From the NCBI RefSeq assembly GCF_964204645.1, contig NC_134028.1, positions 11,455,263 to 11,519,262 on the forward strand: 64,000 bases of DNA, given 5' to 3'. Origin of the DNA: Tubulanus polymorphus. Its lineage: Eukaryota > Animalia > Nemertea. This document shows positions 1 through 12,415 of the stretch, piece by piece. Position numbers and translations under genes: made by a program. The stretch's first letter is position 1, and every line of letters begins with the position of its first letter. A model generated the notes under the pieces. That model saw only the letters and a list, made by a program, of their open reading frames with translations, was not told where the DNA came from and searched no databases.

Positions 1-3000
1 TGCTTATTGTTCTCAATGTTCTCAAGTGGCTACTAAGTAAAAGTAGACGTTTGGACTCAAAAGTGCGATAGACATGTTCTTGGATTCAGCCTTTCATTTT
101 AGCTTCCGCGGCCATACATTGGAAGAGGTTTCCAAGACTAAATATACAGCCACCCTCTGATATGTATGAATTATATTTGAATATTTTTTCATACTGTGAA
201 AAATATTTTTTTTTAACATAAAATAGTTTCCCTGCCCTGTACCCTACTAAATTTTGAACGTGGACCGTACGCAAATGTATATCTTTGGTCTTATTTGGCT
301 ACATAATAATTCTTGAAGAGGTAAAATACCATTTTTAAACTTGTAGAACTTTAAAGTCACGAATTTTCAAGCAATGCCCTTACTCCAAACAACCTCTTTA
401 GCTTTTAAGGTAAACCACACTTTGCCCACGGGCAATTTATTTAGCCTTAGGTTGGCTTTGAATCCTGAAAATCCTGACAAGAGTTTGTATGGAACTTAGA
501 ATACTTTCTCATCTCCCGATATAGCTAGATTTGATTTCAGCTTCAGCAACAAAAATATAAATATGACATCTGAGATGCTTTTGATTTAACGCAACCTTGA
601 AATTTACTAGGAGGCTTATAATTTATAATGATTATATGTATTTCATTTCAAAATCTATTTGGCCTACTTAAAATGTGTTACGTATTTACCTTCTCTTCCT
701 TGTATAAACAACTGTTTGCCATTTAAGATCTAATTACCTTATACTTTTATAATACGCAATGCACTTCCTTTTATGTCAAGTACCCGTATATAAGCTGATA
801 GAGCACCTTACTAAACCAATGTATGGTCTAGTATGGTGGATGTGATTAAATCCTTCAATTCACTAACTTCTGCGCTCAATCTAACAGTGCCCATTAACTA
901 ATGAACGAAATTATTATTGTTCCGAGTGGGTGGGTAGCCAGCCGTAAATGATTTTTTACCAAACCAAATTTTAAGTAAAACATATGAATTAACGATATAA
1001 GACCACAATAATGAAAAGAAGTTGACATTAGCTAAACCTAACCCTAACCCTTCAGTGAGACGTGGAAAAAATGCTTCCGCTCATTGAGGAATGACGTGTG
1101 CGGGTCAAGATACCATAGCACTTTCCAAGCAGGATTCTACTGAAGTCAATATGCTCGCAGAAAATTTCATTCATATGCTCGCAGAAAATTTCATTCCTTC
1201 TAATAAATCAACTAAAACATTGAATAACTCTTGTTTCTTGGTTTTCACCTCAACTTTTTCAATCCCATTTTTCTTGTCGTATTTTGCTTTTTTAGCCCCA
1301 GCGAACAAAATACCAAATGCATTTTTTTCCACAAGAGTGTCAGACGGAATGATCACTTCTGGCATTTCTGGCATTTGTGATCGGTTCTGATTTCGACGAC
1401 GAGGACGACACTTGTCTCAATGAGCTCATACTCATTTACGTGTCCGCAGCCGATCGCCGTATAAACATCTCCAAACGTCTGTTGGGGTCTTGCAGGCCCA
1501 TAAATTGTCTTACCTAGCAAAATTGTCCAATTTTTATCAGTCATGGACGCAGAAAAATATAGTTTACATTCTGCGGTCGGCATTTTGTCTTACTACTAGC
1601 TAAGTTGTCTGAGCACAGCTGTACCATTTCCAGAGTCAAATTGTCGAATTGAATTGAATTGATGTAATAGAACATTTTTAGATATCGATTCCAGTACCGA
1701 CATCACGATTTGACTAACAATGTCAATTTCTAAAAGAAATATCCTGCGACACATTGAGCTGTTATAGAGTTCTATATGCACGATATTGTACGAAAAAATG
1801 TTTTGAATGGAAAGTAAAACGACCAATAACCAATAATTCACAACCAATAATTGTCCATTCTTGAAGTTTACACACAGGGTTTTGAAAATGAGATTGACTC
1901 ACGAATACAAATTTCAGCTTTTGCTGAGGACATCGGGTGGAACAGTACAGTTTTGGAAGTACATACCTGATATAGGTTTTAATAGGACGAGCATAGATGA
2001 GTAGCTTAAAAGATTAAAGACGAAATTCATTATCTAGAAATTAAAATCAAAGCACATTTCGAACTGTCTCTAGTAAAGACCATCAAGGTGTGAATAAATG
2101 GACTAACGGTCTCGGAGAACATGCTGTTAATCGAGTAGATTTCTAATAATTATAGCTGCGTTTGACATGGAGAAATATCAATGAAGAAATCCCACAATTA
2201 AATCTTATATGATAGAATTTATCACAACGAAAGCATACACTGATTATGTTCATTCGACTACTAAAATGTAGAAATATACTAGGATAAAATAGAATTATGA
2301 GGAGGGAAATTTAATGCTTCAACAAAGATCGAACGGTTCAAAGGTTTTTGTTTCCGGGTTTATTATATTCGGATAAAATATCAGCCACGAGGAGTGCAAA
2401 AACTGATGTAATGTTTTAAGAAAGCAATTAAGTACTAACTGTATTGAATTAAACTGAATTTGAATTGGATTTGTCCCGCTAGACGGAGCTCTTGGAGAGG
2501 ATTGAGCCCACCAGACGGTGCCACTGATTAATGCCGGAAGTGATTCGCCGGCACAATATGCTCCATCCCGAGGGGTGTCGCAAAAAGAAAAGAATATTCC
2601 CGAGAACGAAGAGTTTTGCAGTCGGTCGGTCACATATATATTTTTGAAAATAATTATTTCACCCAAAATTGTGAAATAGGGTCGGTCGGCAATTTTATTT
2701 CATTTCGAAAATAGGTATTTGAAATGACTTGAAATGGGTTTTTTGTTGGTGTGGCCTTAACATAGGATTTACCAAAAATACGTAATGAGGAAATTTTTGG
2801 TTTTACTCATCAATCAATTAATTCCATTTAATCTGACTTAAATCTAATTCAATTTAACTTCCACATAGCACAAGGTTATGATTATTTCATTAATGTTATC
2901 AAACTTTAACAAAACATTTATATTCAAGTAATAATATCGAAATGTCAGAGTAAGGGGTACTCGAGTTGTATTTTTTTTTCTACGCTTTTATAATTCAATA

Positions 3001-4725
3001 AACTATTACGATCAATGGTCTCTGCCTTATTTATTTGATTTTCTATTAGGTTCCTGGGGTAGCCCCTTGAGGTTAGATAAGTAGTCAGCTCTCTTCTTCT
3101 TTTGACAAAAGTGTTGTTTTCCGAACAAATACGTCTTAAACGGATTCCTAGACCATATGGTATGGTATGGCTTTTTGGTAGTTTCTGGCTGACATGAGGA
3201 ATAGTCCAGATAAAGATGTTCATCAGTTTTGCAATATAAATCTGTATTTAGTGTATCATCTTTTATGTATACCAATACGGCCATGTGTTCTATTTCTGTT
3301 TCTGAATGTCTCAAATCTACTTGCATGTTTTTGTTAATTGTACTTGCTAATTTTTGGAAATTTTGGAGTTCTTCTAGCGAGCCTACCCCAGATATCGTCC
3401 ACATAGCGTGTGTAGGCTGGTGGTTTCTTTGGTGACCTGTCTAGAAGTTCTTTCTCCCAATCCCTTAAATATGTACATGCATAATTCATACCTAGTTTGG
3501 ACCCTATAGCCGTTCCCTCTTGCTGTATATAATGTTTTGTCCATAAAAGAAAAATTATTTTTTTCCAAAACCATATCCATTAGATCTAATATCGCTTCAG
3601 TCGATACTAGATTTGTTCCAATAGGGCTGTCTAGGTTGCCTTTTGTACAGCTTTCCTGGCTTCCCTACGGGGGACATTGGGATAAAGACCCTTAATATCC
3701 ATACAAAAGAGTATTGAGTTTTTTGGTAAAGGCCCTTCAAATTTAGATATTTTTTCGAGGAAGTGTGTGGTGTCCAAAATGTAACTATCTTGGCTCTGTA
3801 CATGCTCTTTTAATTGTGACTCTACAAATTCGGCAATTTTCTCAGTTGGATAAGAGCGCCCATTAACAATTGTCCTTTAAGGGTTACCTGTTTTATGTAT
3901 TTTGGGGTTGGCCTGTAATTTCCCGGGTGATGGATCCGGAGGCATTAAGTATTTTTCAAATCCTTTGAAATAGCACCCTCTTTATATACGTAGATTGTTG
4001 ACCAATTTCTTAACTTTGTTAGATCAGGGAAGTGTGATGAGATGGAATACGGACGCTTTTAATTGCCGGATGTAGGCTATTCAATTCAGCCCGTACATCA
4101 AAGGTTACCGCAACAGCAGTAAGCTACGCTTATCGAGTGTGTGTTACCAGCTGAACACCAGTCAACATCAACTTTGATTTGGTCGCAGAACAACCCGCAA
4201 TAGTTTTAGCCCGATAAATGTTCTGCGATCGATACTACGCATGCGCACTGCAGTTCATTGAACAACGTGGAAGTGGCTGTGTATACACATATTTTTCTTT
4301 AGAAAATCGGTTGAAATTCAACAATTTCTCGTAAAATTTGTCCAAAAAGGTATGTATTTTTATTCTTCTATATCTCCGAAACCCGGTATCGGAACATTAA
4401 GTATTTATATTGTGATTAAAGTCTGTTTTATGTGTTAAACATATGTTTTTGCCAGTTCGTTCCGATTCCGGGTTTAGCGTTATTTGGGCCTTGAAGATGT
4501 CAAATATTTCGGCCCAGACTCGCGCAGCTTTCGTTTCTGACGTCATGTTGCTATGTTACGACACAAACATATACACGAAGTGATCTTTAAAATGTGTATT
4601 TACTACATAATAATGTTACTTAATAACGCTTACATTAGGCCTACAAGTTATTGTCCCCCATATAAACCAAGTTGCCTAAATAGCATCAGCAATCTCATTT
4701 AATTAACCTTTTCTTGTTTTTAGTC

Positions 4726-4960
4726 ATGGATCTTTGTCGATTGTGTGGAAAAAATGCGAAACCTCCGGATCGTCGTCCTATCGATAAAAATAATTTCAAA
4801 AGCTATGTGAAGGAGTTGTTCAACATTGATTTTGATGATGATACTGAACAGTACCCGATATATATCTAATATGTGTCGTGTCAAATTACAAAAATGGCGT
4901 AAGAACAAAAACGTTAAAAAAACTGTCCCTGTGACTATCAAATTAAAACAATGGACATGT
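4726..4960 (+). pseudogene. Frameshifted zinc-binding domain resembling the RAG1 non-core N-terminus / Chapaev-type transposase N-terminus
   Basis: Reads MDLCRLCGKNAKPPDRRPIDKNNFKSYVKELFNIDFDDDTEQYPIYI, then after a frameshift NMCRVKLQKWRKNK..KQW. Preceded by a splice-acceptor-like TTTTCTTGTTTTTAG. Confidence 0.5.
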
Positions 4961-5641
4961 AAACCACTGGTTAATTCCAAGTCTGGACGGCGACGTATTT
5001 GTAGTCAAAATTTTATCGATCGATTTTCCATAATGTACTGCTGCCATTCCATTTGAACTGAATTTAAATACTCGATGGTTAATCACTTCAGTCATAGCCT
5101 TTTCCAAATATATAGTGTTCCTGCGAAAATAATAATAATGATTATTATTTTAACATGTACTTATCTGGATTTTTTATATTATGTTTATATATTATTTTCT
5201 GTATTCGTTTATTATTTTATAACCTAAAAGGATTGTATTGATTATAAAAATAAATGTAAAAAATACCTGTATGTGTGTTTTCTCGTGTTCAGATCGCAGT
5301 CTCTGGTCAGCTGAGCCTGAGAAGTAGCTATATGAAAAAGAAAAGGAAAGAATAAAGTGCCTGCAATTAGGTGGAAACTATTCCGATATTTCATTGATTC
5401 AAAAGGAATAACACTCACTAGAATCGGCCGAATTAGTTGATCCTGATCCAGAGGATTCCCTTAATATTTCCGTATCGATCTGAACCAATTCGTCACTATC
5501 AAAGAATAGTTCGTCAAAATCGTCATCATTTATAATTTCGTTGACAACCGTTGCCATTTTAATACAGCGGAAAGAACCGATATCACGATTGATAAAACAC
5601 TATATCCGTTTGAAGCGATGTAGAGATCGCACAATGATAAC

Positions 5642-5990
5642 GAAAAAGTCCAAAAATGTTGGTAGTATATTCAACGTTTCGTCTATGTCCTAATAGTCAT
5701 CTTCAGAAATAATGAATACTACAGAAATTATGAGAGATATATACAATCCAGAGACAAAGAGACTAATTCAAGTAATCACAGATGATACAAACTAAAGGAA
5801 AATTAACGTAGAAACAGTTACACGCTAAAACAGATTAAAGAGAAGCAGTTAAGAGACAAACTAGGGGGCACTTAAATTTAAGACAATTGTGAATACAAGT
5901 TGATCGACTAAAATTGATGAGGGGAAATCAGGTTTGAGTTTAACCAGTTTACAGAGGAATTTTTATATAAGTTTATTATGGGATGAAAAA
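5642..5990 (-). mobile_element. 3' end (pLTR region) of a Penelope-like element, same family as 32560-34072
   Basis: Closely similar to 32561-33020, e.g. ACAGAAATTATGAGA..ATACAATCCAGAGACAAAGAGACTAATTCAAGTAATCA. Confidence 0.85.
5672..5706 (-). ncRNA. Minimal hammerhead ribozyme motif (PLE-associated)
   Basis: Minus strand reads CTGAAGA-TGACTAT-TAGGAC-ATAGAC-GAAACGTTG: CUGANGA/GAAA core, with one mismatch in stem II. Confidence 0.65.
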
Positions 5991-6599
5991 CCGATATTCG
6001 GAAACAACTGAATTATTACGAAGATTCCCGATCTCGCTGGTTATCGCTTATCGGCGCGTTACGTAACAAAGCGCTCGCCGACGAACGGTTATCGGCTTTA
6101 GGGCAATTACAACGCACATTCGACAAGAGCTGCACAATAGCGTCCGAATTCCATCTCATCACACTTCCCTGGTTAGATGTTTTTTCCTGTTTGATCTGAA
6201 GGAAATGATTTGTATGACTTAATATGTGAAATTTCATTTTCTACCTGTTCAATATATTTGGATGTATCCATTATCACTATGCCCGAGCCCTTATCGGCTG
6301 GTCTCATTACTATGTCTCCATCATTAAGGAGTATATCATAGCCTTTTCCTCAGATCTATTTAGGTTCTTGGGGAATTTATGTGTTAAACCTTTTATGATG
6401 TCGTCATTTACTTCCTGTATATATAAGTCCAAATAATTGTCTCTTCATGTCGGAGGCATCCATGTACTTTGAAGGAATTGGTCTTTTTCATAGATGGGTT
6501 GTTGAATCATCGTAAAAGAATTCCTTGAGTCTCATCCGACGTTCCCATTCATGTAAATCGGTGATGATTTTGGCCATATCTAACTTTGAGCTCGAAGAG

Positions 6600-7090
6600 A
6601 CAATGAGAACTTCCTAATTCAAATATAAAAATGTCATACCATGTTGTGGCAGATGATACTTTCCCTTGAAAGACCATATCATCATGAAACCCTGTCCTAA
6701 TCGAAGTATGACCCGACGAGATCGGATCTTCAACTATCGATCATCTAGGGCAAGGCGAGTAGTTGAAAATGCTTTTGGCTACTTTGTGATGAAATTCAGA
6801 GTATTTCTGAGTAGAATAAGTCTTTCACCAGATAAGGTCGATAAATTAGCTTGTGTCCTCCATAATTATCTATTATCAAGTGGAGACCACATAGTCTCGA
6901 TACCAGGGACCGTTGGTTCAGAAAATACAGACAATAGGATTATTAAAGAAGAAACCTGGAGTATTACTGGAAAAATCGCGTCGATTCCAGTCGCAAGTCC
7001 GCCTAGGTTGGCGGGTCGTTGCGACATGATCGTCGCTGGCGTTCGCAGCGAGTAGCAAGCCGTCGTAAGACCGACCTATGCCCGCCTTTA
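6600..7090 (+). mobile_element. PIF/Harbinger (HARBI1-like DDE) transposase C-terminal remnant
   Basis: YHVVADDTFPLKDHIIMKP..RIFNYRSSRARRVVENAFG..KFRVF..ACVLHNYL. Confidence 0.85.
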
Positions 7091-8830
7091 GAATTAGTTT
7101 TACATTGACGGATATCGAAAAAGCCCTTATTTATGATAGCCCAGGACTCAAACCGGCTGCTTATGTTTCACCGTATTACATTGGTATGGTTTGATCATTT
7201 TCTCGGTGTTGTTATCTCCATAGGAAACGGACGTACCTCCGTTCGTGTTCGAGCAGTTTTACCTTCCAGAAGGCGCGCGATATGTCTGCAACTAGTCAAA
7301 TAGTTTTGGAAGGTCTTGCAACAAGTTGGGCCCCGGATGTAAACACGCATTAAGACTTGGTGACCCATTACACGCATCGAAATCTATGCGTAGCAGTATT
7401 TGTTCGCCATCTTTCAAGAAGAAAAAATGCGGAGGATAGTACAAGTTTTCTTCGTTGATATATTCGTAATCATGACCCAGAGAAATGTATACTTTGGAGA
7501 TGCATGTCGCTAGGTTTTATTCGATAATGCGTGGTCTTGGCTCGACGGTAACGGTACATAATAGCGCCCATTACGCTACTCGTTCAAAAAAACGGCCCAA
7601 TATTGCATTACTGTCCACGCTGACAGCGTCCAATGGATACTCCATGACGCTTGTGCACCATATAGTTTCTAGGAACTCGTCGGATTTCGGAAGTGCCTCG
7701 GCTGTGATTGTGGTTAGGATAGACTGTATCGGCATAGCGCTGCTTACTACTCGCCGGTGTAGCATCTTCACCCGGCAAGGGATTCGAACCCACTACGCTA
7801 AAGCTGTTCCCCGAACCCCTTGATCCTACGAGTCGTTGGAGTCGTTACTAGCCGACCAGAATCCGGTCGTACCAATCACTTGTAACAAACCGTCCCTAGA
7901 CTTCTGTTGGTTTTCCCGTTAAATTGACCAATCAGCGAACGTTTTACCGAACAAGGAAGTATTTCGCAAATCGATATATGACGTCATGGGCAACAGCGCC
8001 AATAATGAAATCACGCTTCGTGAGGCCAGGGGGCTGGTGGAAGCGAGTTCGGGAGTGATACCGGACCCCTGGCAAGCGAGGATGCCGGTGTAGAGGCCCC
8101 GAGACGAAACCGCCGATATTGGTGAATTGAACACTCTGACCATTTCTCAGTCTAATACTCCTTTTTTTCTAAGAACTGATAGGTTGCACCCTCACAACAT
8201 CCACGCTGAATTCCTTATCGATTAGATTGTCAGCAAATTTCAGTTTCATTACATATTCATAATTGATATAATTGAGGCATTTGTTCCAGCCCGCTTGATT
8301 AATTGGTTTAACTATTTCGTACCAATCCGTCGATACGTCGAGGCCATCCGCCATGATTATGAAATCTCTAACGATATCATTATCTCGTCCGTGGTCACCG
8401 AAAACGTTTACTAGTAGAGGACGGCGACTGATCGGTTTCAGATTTAATAGCTTTGCCATGTCTTCACGTATGTATGATAACATGCTGCCCGTATCGAGCA
8501 AGACACTGGTTACTATTTCATTACCGGCAGAACTGAGAGTTACATGGCCGATTTCGAGGAGGATAGCTTTCTCGCTTTTTGCCGAGCTTTGGCCTGACGT
8601 TATTTCCGAACGCGTTATTCGCATTTCTGTTAATGCAGTGTGAGCCGTGGCAGCGTGAGAAATTTCTCTACCCATTTCCGCAGACAGTTTCGTTTTCATC
8701 CAATTGCCAATAGTAATCCTCGCCAATCAAAATTGATAAATCGTACAAGGAATTGGTGTAAGTGAGGGGGTGCGAGAATTGGAATCCGTTCAAATTATCG
8801 AGATTCTTCAGGTTGTAACGTTGTGTCTGC
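7091..8830 (-). mobile_element. Scrambled BEL/Pao LTR retrotransposon remnant (aspartic protease and RT fragments)
   Basis: VLLDTGSMLSYIREDMAKLLNL (8169-8726 ORF), ILIGEDYYWQL (about 8700-8735), SLNACLHPGPNLLQDL (about 7310-7360). The DIEKA motif lies on the + strand at about 7110, implying a local inversion. Confidence 0.75.
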
Positions 8831-9169
8831 ACCGGAGACGAAATCAAATCGGTGACAATTAAAAGCCAAAGTCCAGAATTGAGCCATTTTTTGTTTTCAG
8901 TTTTACGGTGACCCGATCGAACAGTCTGCTACAAGGCGCGAAAGACGAGATTGACATCATCTGATAAAGCGGTTGTTAGACTAGGGCATGGAAATACTGT
9001 CAAAATTAAAATAGCATTTTTGACGCGTCAATCAATTCTTGCCGAAATCAGAACTTTTTACACATTCTTTTTTTAATTTTCATGGGAAATTTTGAAGATA
9101 AGACGAGAAAATACACAATATCCGTGTATGAAGATGACGAGAGAAATCCCACAATAACAAAGCCAAGAT

Positions 9170-10125
9170 TGAAAAATTCTTAAAATATATCAGAATAAAT
9201 GTATTGAAGAGCGACGTTTCGGCTAACAACTGTTAGCCATCATCAGGCGTACTGAGAACAAAATCAAATAACAGACAATTTTTACAAAAATGTGACAAAT
9301 GATAAAGATTAAAGGAATTAAGATTAAAGTAATTAAATAACAAAAACCGGAACACTAAGGAAGAAAACATAGAAGGCAAACGACAAACTAAGGGGATGTA
9401 GTACGAGATTGAAGTAATCTAAAAACAAAGCTCAGAGGGTTCAAAGGTAGATAAACTAAGGGGTAATCAGACAAAAACAAAAGACAAGAACATCAAAGGG
9501 ATAATCAAGAAATGAGTGAGTGAGGCAGTGAGTGAGTGAAAGTGTCAAACGGAGAAAAACAAGCTAACGGGATTAGAATAATGGGGGTACAAGTGAAGCG
9601 AGAAATTTAGAGATCAAAATATTGTGAGGAGAAAAACCGTTATTCAAATTGACACATTTATCCACATTTCCAATAATAAGGGCAGATTCCATAATGTGAC
9701 GTTTGGTTTTTTTTCGGGACAGGGAAAGATTATAGCGGCATTATCAAAATCAAAAATGTGACTAGTTTCATAAACGTGATTAGCTACTCCACTCTCGGGT
9801 TTGAAATTTTTTACGTCATTTTAATGTTCTCTGAGGCGCTTATTCAAATCATGCCCAGTTTCACCAATATATATTTTATTACATACTTTACAAGGTATTT
9901 TGTATACACCAATGTTCAAAGGTTCCGTTTTGCAGGAATTGTGAGTTAAGTTATGACTAAGTTTATTATTGTAAGTGAAAACGACCTGTTTGTTAAGGAG
10001 ATGAAGGGAGGTTTTTGGATTTTTCCAAAAAAGGAACAAAAGGTAAGACGATGGGCTGTTTCTGAGGGCGCGAAACTCGAGAATTACAAAAATGGGTGCG
10101 ACGGGCTCGAAAAAGAGCTTTATTC
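9170..10125 (-). mobile_element. 5'-truncated Penelope-like element: GIY-YIG endonuclease and 3' region
   Basis: GVYKIPCKVCNKIYIGETGHDLNKRLREH (9821-10039), QPIVLPFVPFLE. Similar to 32896-33453. Confidence 0.85.
9212..9246 (-). ncRNA. Minimal hammerhead ribozyme motif (PLE-associated)
   Basis: Minus strand reads CTGATGA-T-GGCTAAC-AGTT-GTTAGCC-GAAACGTCG: canonical core, perfect 7-bp stem II, GUC triplet. Confidence 0.8.
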
Positions 10126-11344
10126 AAAAGGTCGGACCGCCCTAGATCCGCCCCTGCGAAGGACAGGCGGAACAATCAGGAGAGTAAAAACAATAGATGC
10201 TTATAAAATTAAAATGTATTATGAAATAAGATTACATTTTGAATAAAGTGAATTTGACACGTAAAAATACTATTTTAATCTTTACAGTATTTCCATGCCA
10301 TATTAGAGATAGTTTATCACGTTGTGTTATATGTCACGGGTAATGAAATTCTTGGTGGCACCTTTTCTGTGTCATGCGTTAATTGTTGTTTGTTTCACTG
10401 TCATGTCACTACTCGTCACCTTTGTTTTTGTATCATTTTCCTTGTCTCCACCTGTCTCGTATCTCAACGTATATAAATAGTTTGTGTGTAAAAATAAATT
10501 AGTTCCAGTTTTGGTGATTCAAGTCAATTACAATTAGTATTAGAAAAACAAATTGATAGAAATTGTTCAGAAAATCAGATAAATAGTGTTTTAGATACAA
10601 CTGATACTAAAATAAATCAAATGCAACTTTTATTAGAAAATAAAGGATTATTTGATTTAAATGGTGAAGACTTAGAAATATTTCCTGATAAAACGCATAG
10701 AGATATTAAAGGTGTGCAAAAATCAGCTGATAAAATTTCACACGATAAAATGATTAGAGATAAAAAATAATACTTTAGAAGATGAATTAGCTAAATGAAG
10801 GAAAGAACTATAACAATTAAAGTCTGATTTAGATCATCAAGTAATTGATAAAATAGAATATAAGCAAAAAGAATTAAGTTTAGAAAAATAAATTGATGAT
10901 TTAAAACATAATTTAGAATTACAGAAAGAAGAAAAAGATTTATTTTTAAAATCATGGGATTATAATATTAATAGATTAAAAGTTATCTTCAAAGAATTAT
11001 TAATAAAACCAAATTCTGAAATATCATTGAAAGATAGAACAAAATTATTATCTAAGTTGGAAGGTATCACAATTCTTTCAATTCTAACAGCTGTAACTAT
11101 GATATTTACAACAATAGGTTTAGCTATATCAAATTCTTTAAAATCTACACTTAACTCTAAACCACCTGATAAACCATTTATATTATACATTAATACATAT
11201 ATCTGACAAAAAGGAGGATCCAAATCGGATAACTGGCAGAGAAAATAGGAGAATTCCAGTTTCAGCCGTTGGAGCTCCTCACTGCTCCACGGGTTCAAAG
11301 ATACTGCCATGTCTGACATTGATTGGGCTTTTATACTGCTGCCA

Positions 11345-11935
11345 GTGGGCCTTAAAATTCCATTAGACTTCAAATTGATAAATAATAATGCGCCTTTATA
11401 TAAATATGCAATTCAAGAAGATATTATATTCGAAATAACATTTGCTCCTGTCAATGAAATTGTATTATCTAGCGTTGTTTAAGATATGGATTATAAATTA
11501 TCAAATATATGTTTAGAATATGATACAGTAACTTATGAAAATATTGCTAACACAATTCAAACTAAATACAATCAAGGATTTTCATTATTAAATGATTACA
11601 TTGATAAATTTAAAACTGTAACTATTAATGCAAATAATGATATAATTAATGAGAATATTAATTTCCCAAGGAGATCTATTAAAGGTATATTAATACTTTT
11701 TACCATTGCAACATATCCTAATGGTGCAATAAAAGTTGATAATTATTATAATCCTGAAAAAACAAAGTAGAAATAACAATTGAAGGTATAGCAAATGAAA
11801 TATTTTGTCAGGGAATGAGAATGATAGATCAATGGGTTGAAATTAAAAAACATTTTATGAATGAAAAAATAAAATCATCTGAAGATTGTAATATTAATCA
11901 AATTGATTACTATACCGGCAATAAATATGCATTAA
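11345..11935 (+). pseudogene. Putative Polinton-like major capsid protein fragment
   Basis: KIPLDFKLINNNAPLYKYAIQEDIIFEITF..YKLSNICLEYD..NENINFPRRSIKGILILF..YNPEKTK/VEITIEGIANEIFCQGMRMIDQW, with one stop and one frameshift. Resembles a family I recall from marine-invertebrate Polinton-like elements; the capsid assignment is inference. Confidence 0.5.
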
Positions 11936-12300
11936 TATAACAGATGTTACTTCTTTACCAGTTTTATTTTTGATTGGTATACTCCATGCGTATGTACTGA
12001 AAATATCTATAACATTTAATATCCAAAAATATCCTTTGTTGTATTCTTCTAAGTTCTTCATATCTATTGAATCTGCTTGCCATTGTTGATCAATATATGA
12101 AACCATGACTTTTCTAGGTAAATAATCTTTATCCATTTTCTTATGGATTTCATATGTTGGTTGATTTTGTAATTTTAATTCACTATATTTTATATTTTCA
12201 TTATCAAATTGTATCTTATCACATAATTCTCAAACACTAGAATATGATACTTCACTCTCTAGGTTATAATATAGATCTCTTAAATATTGTTCTTTTTTCA
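11935..12300 (-). pseudogene. Maverick/Polinton retroviral-like integrase, N-terminal part
   Basis: LRDLYYN..LQNQPTYEIHKK..RKVMVSYIDQQWQADSIDMKNLEEYNKGYFWILNVIDIFSTYAWSIPIKNKTGKEV, the typical Maverick integrase signature. Confidence 0.85.
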
Positions 12301-12383
12301 TCTTATTTTAATCCATTAATAATAATTTAAATTTATTTTCAATGATTTTATCATTTGATTTATTTTCTTGTATGATAGGTATC

Positions 12384-12415
<32 letters not shown>

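Larger units (their letters stand above)
4025..6171. mobile_element. Non-autonomous TIR DNA transposon with 7-bp TSD (P-element-like by TSD length and CA..TG ends)
   Basis: TIR CAGGGAAGTGTGATGAGATGGAA(T)ACGGACGCT at 4025 and its reverse complement ending at 6171. Exact TSD GTTAGAT at 4018-4024 and 6172-6178. Confidence 0.85.
2945..6590 (-). mobile_element. Decayed Penelope-like element (PLE) RT region, interrupted by a DNA transposon at 4025-6171
   Basis: Frameshifted minus-strand PLE motifs: RRMRLKEFF and IVMRPADKGSGIVIMD (6250-6560), NPKIHKTGNP (about 3890), TEKIAEFVE, VLEKNNFSF, HLYLDYSSC, IPYGLGIRLRRICS..RGYP. The coding sequence is continuous across the insertion once 4025-6171 and one TSD copy are removed. 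Confidence 0.85.
8982..10302. mobile_element. TIR element (about 50-bp TIRs) containing a nested PLE fragment
   Basis: TAGGGCATGGAAATACTGTCAAAATTAAAATAGCATTTTTGACG at 8982 matches the reverse complement of 10255-10302. Flanks are TTAGAC/TTAGAG, so the TSD is uncertain. Confidence 0.65.

Noticed and set aside
1032-1051. CTAAACCTAACCCTAACCCT telomere-like repeat
   Set aside because: Only about 3 units and internal to the window; commonly part of transposon-derived sequence, so not evidence of a telomere.
1171-1583. Two overlapping short minus-strand ORFs that may be one frameshifted TE protein
   Set aside because: No diagnostic motif that I can assign; truncated at a 24-bp tandem duplication.
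10325-10532. Possible solo LTR (TGTTAT..TATAAATA..AATAAA..TTACA)
   Set aside because: No TSD, no second copy, and no PBS or PPT in the window.
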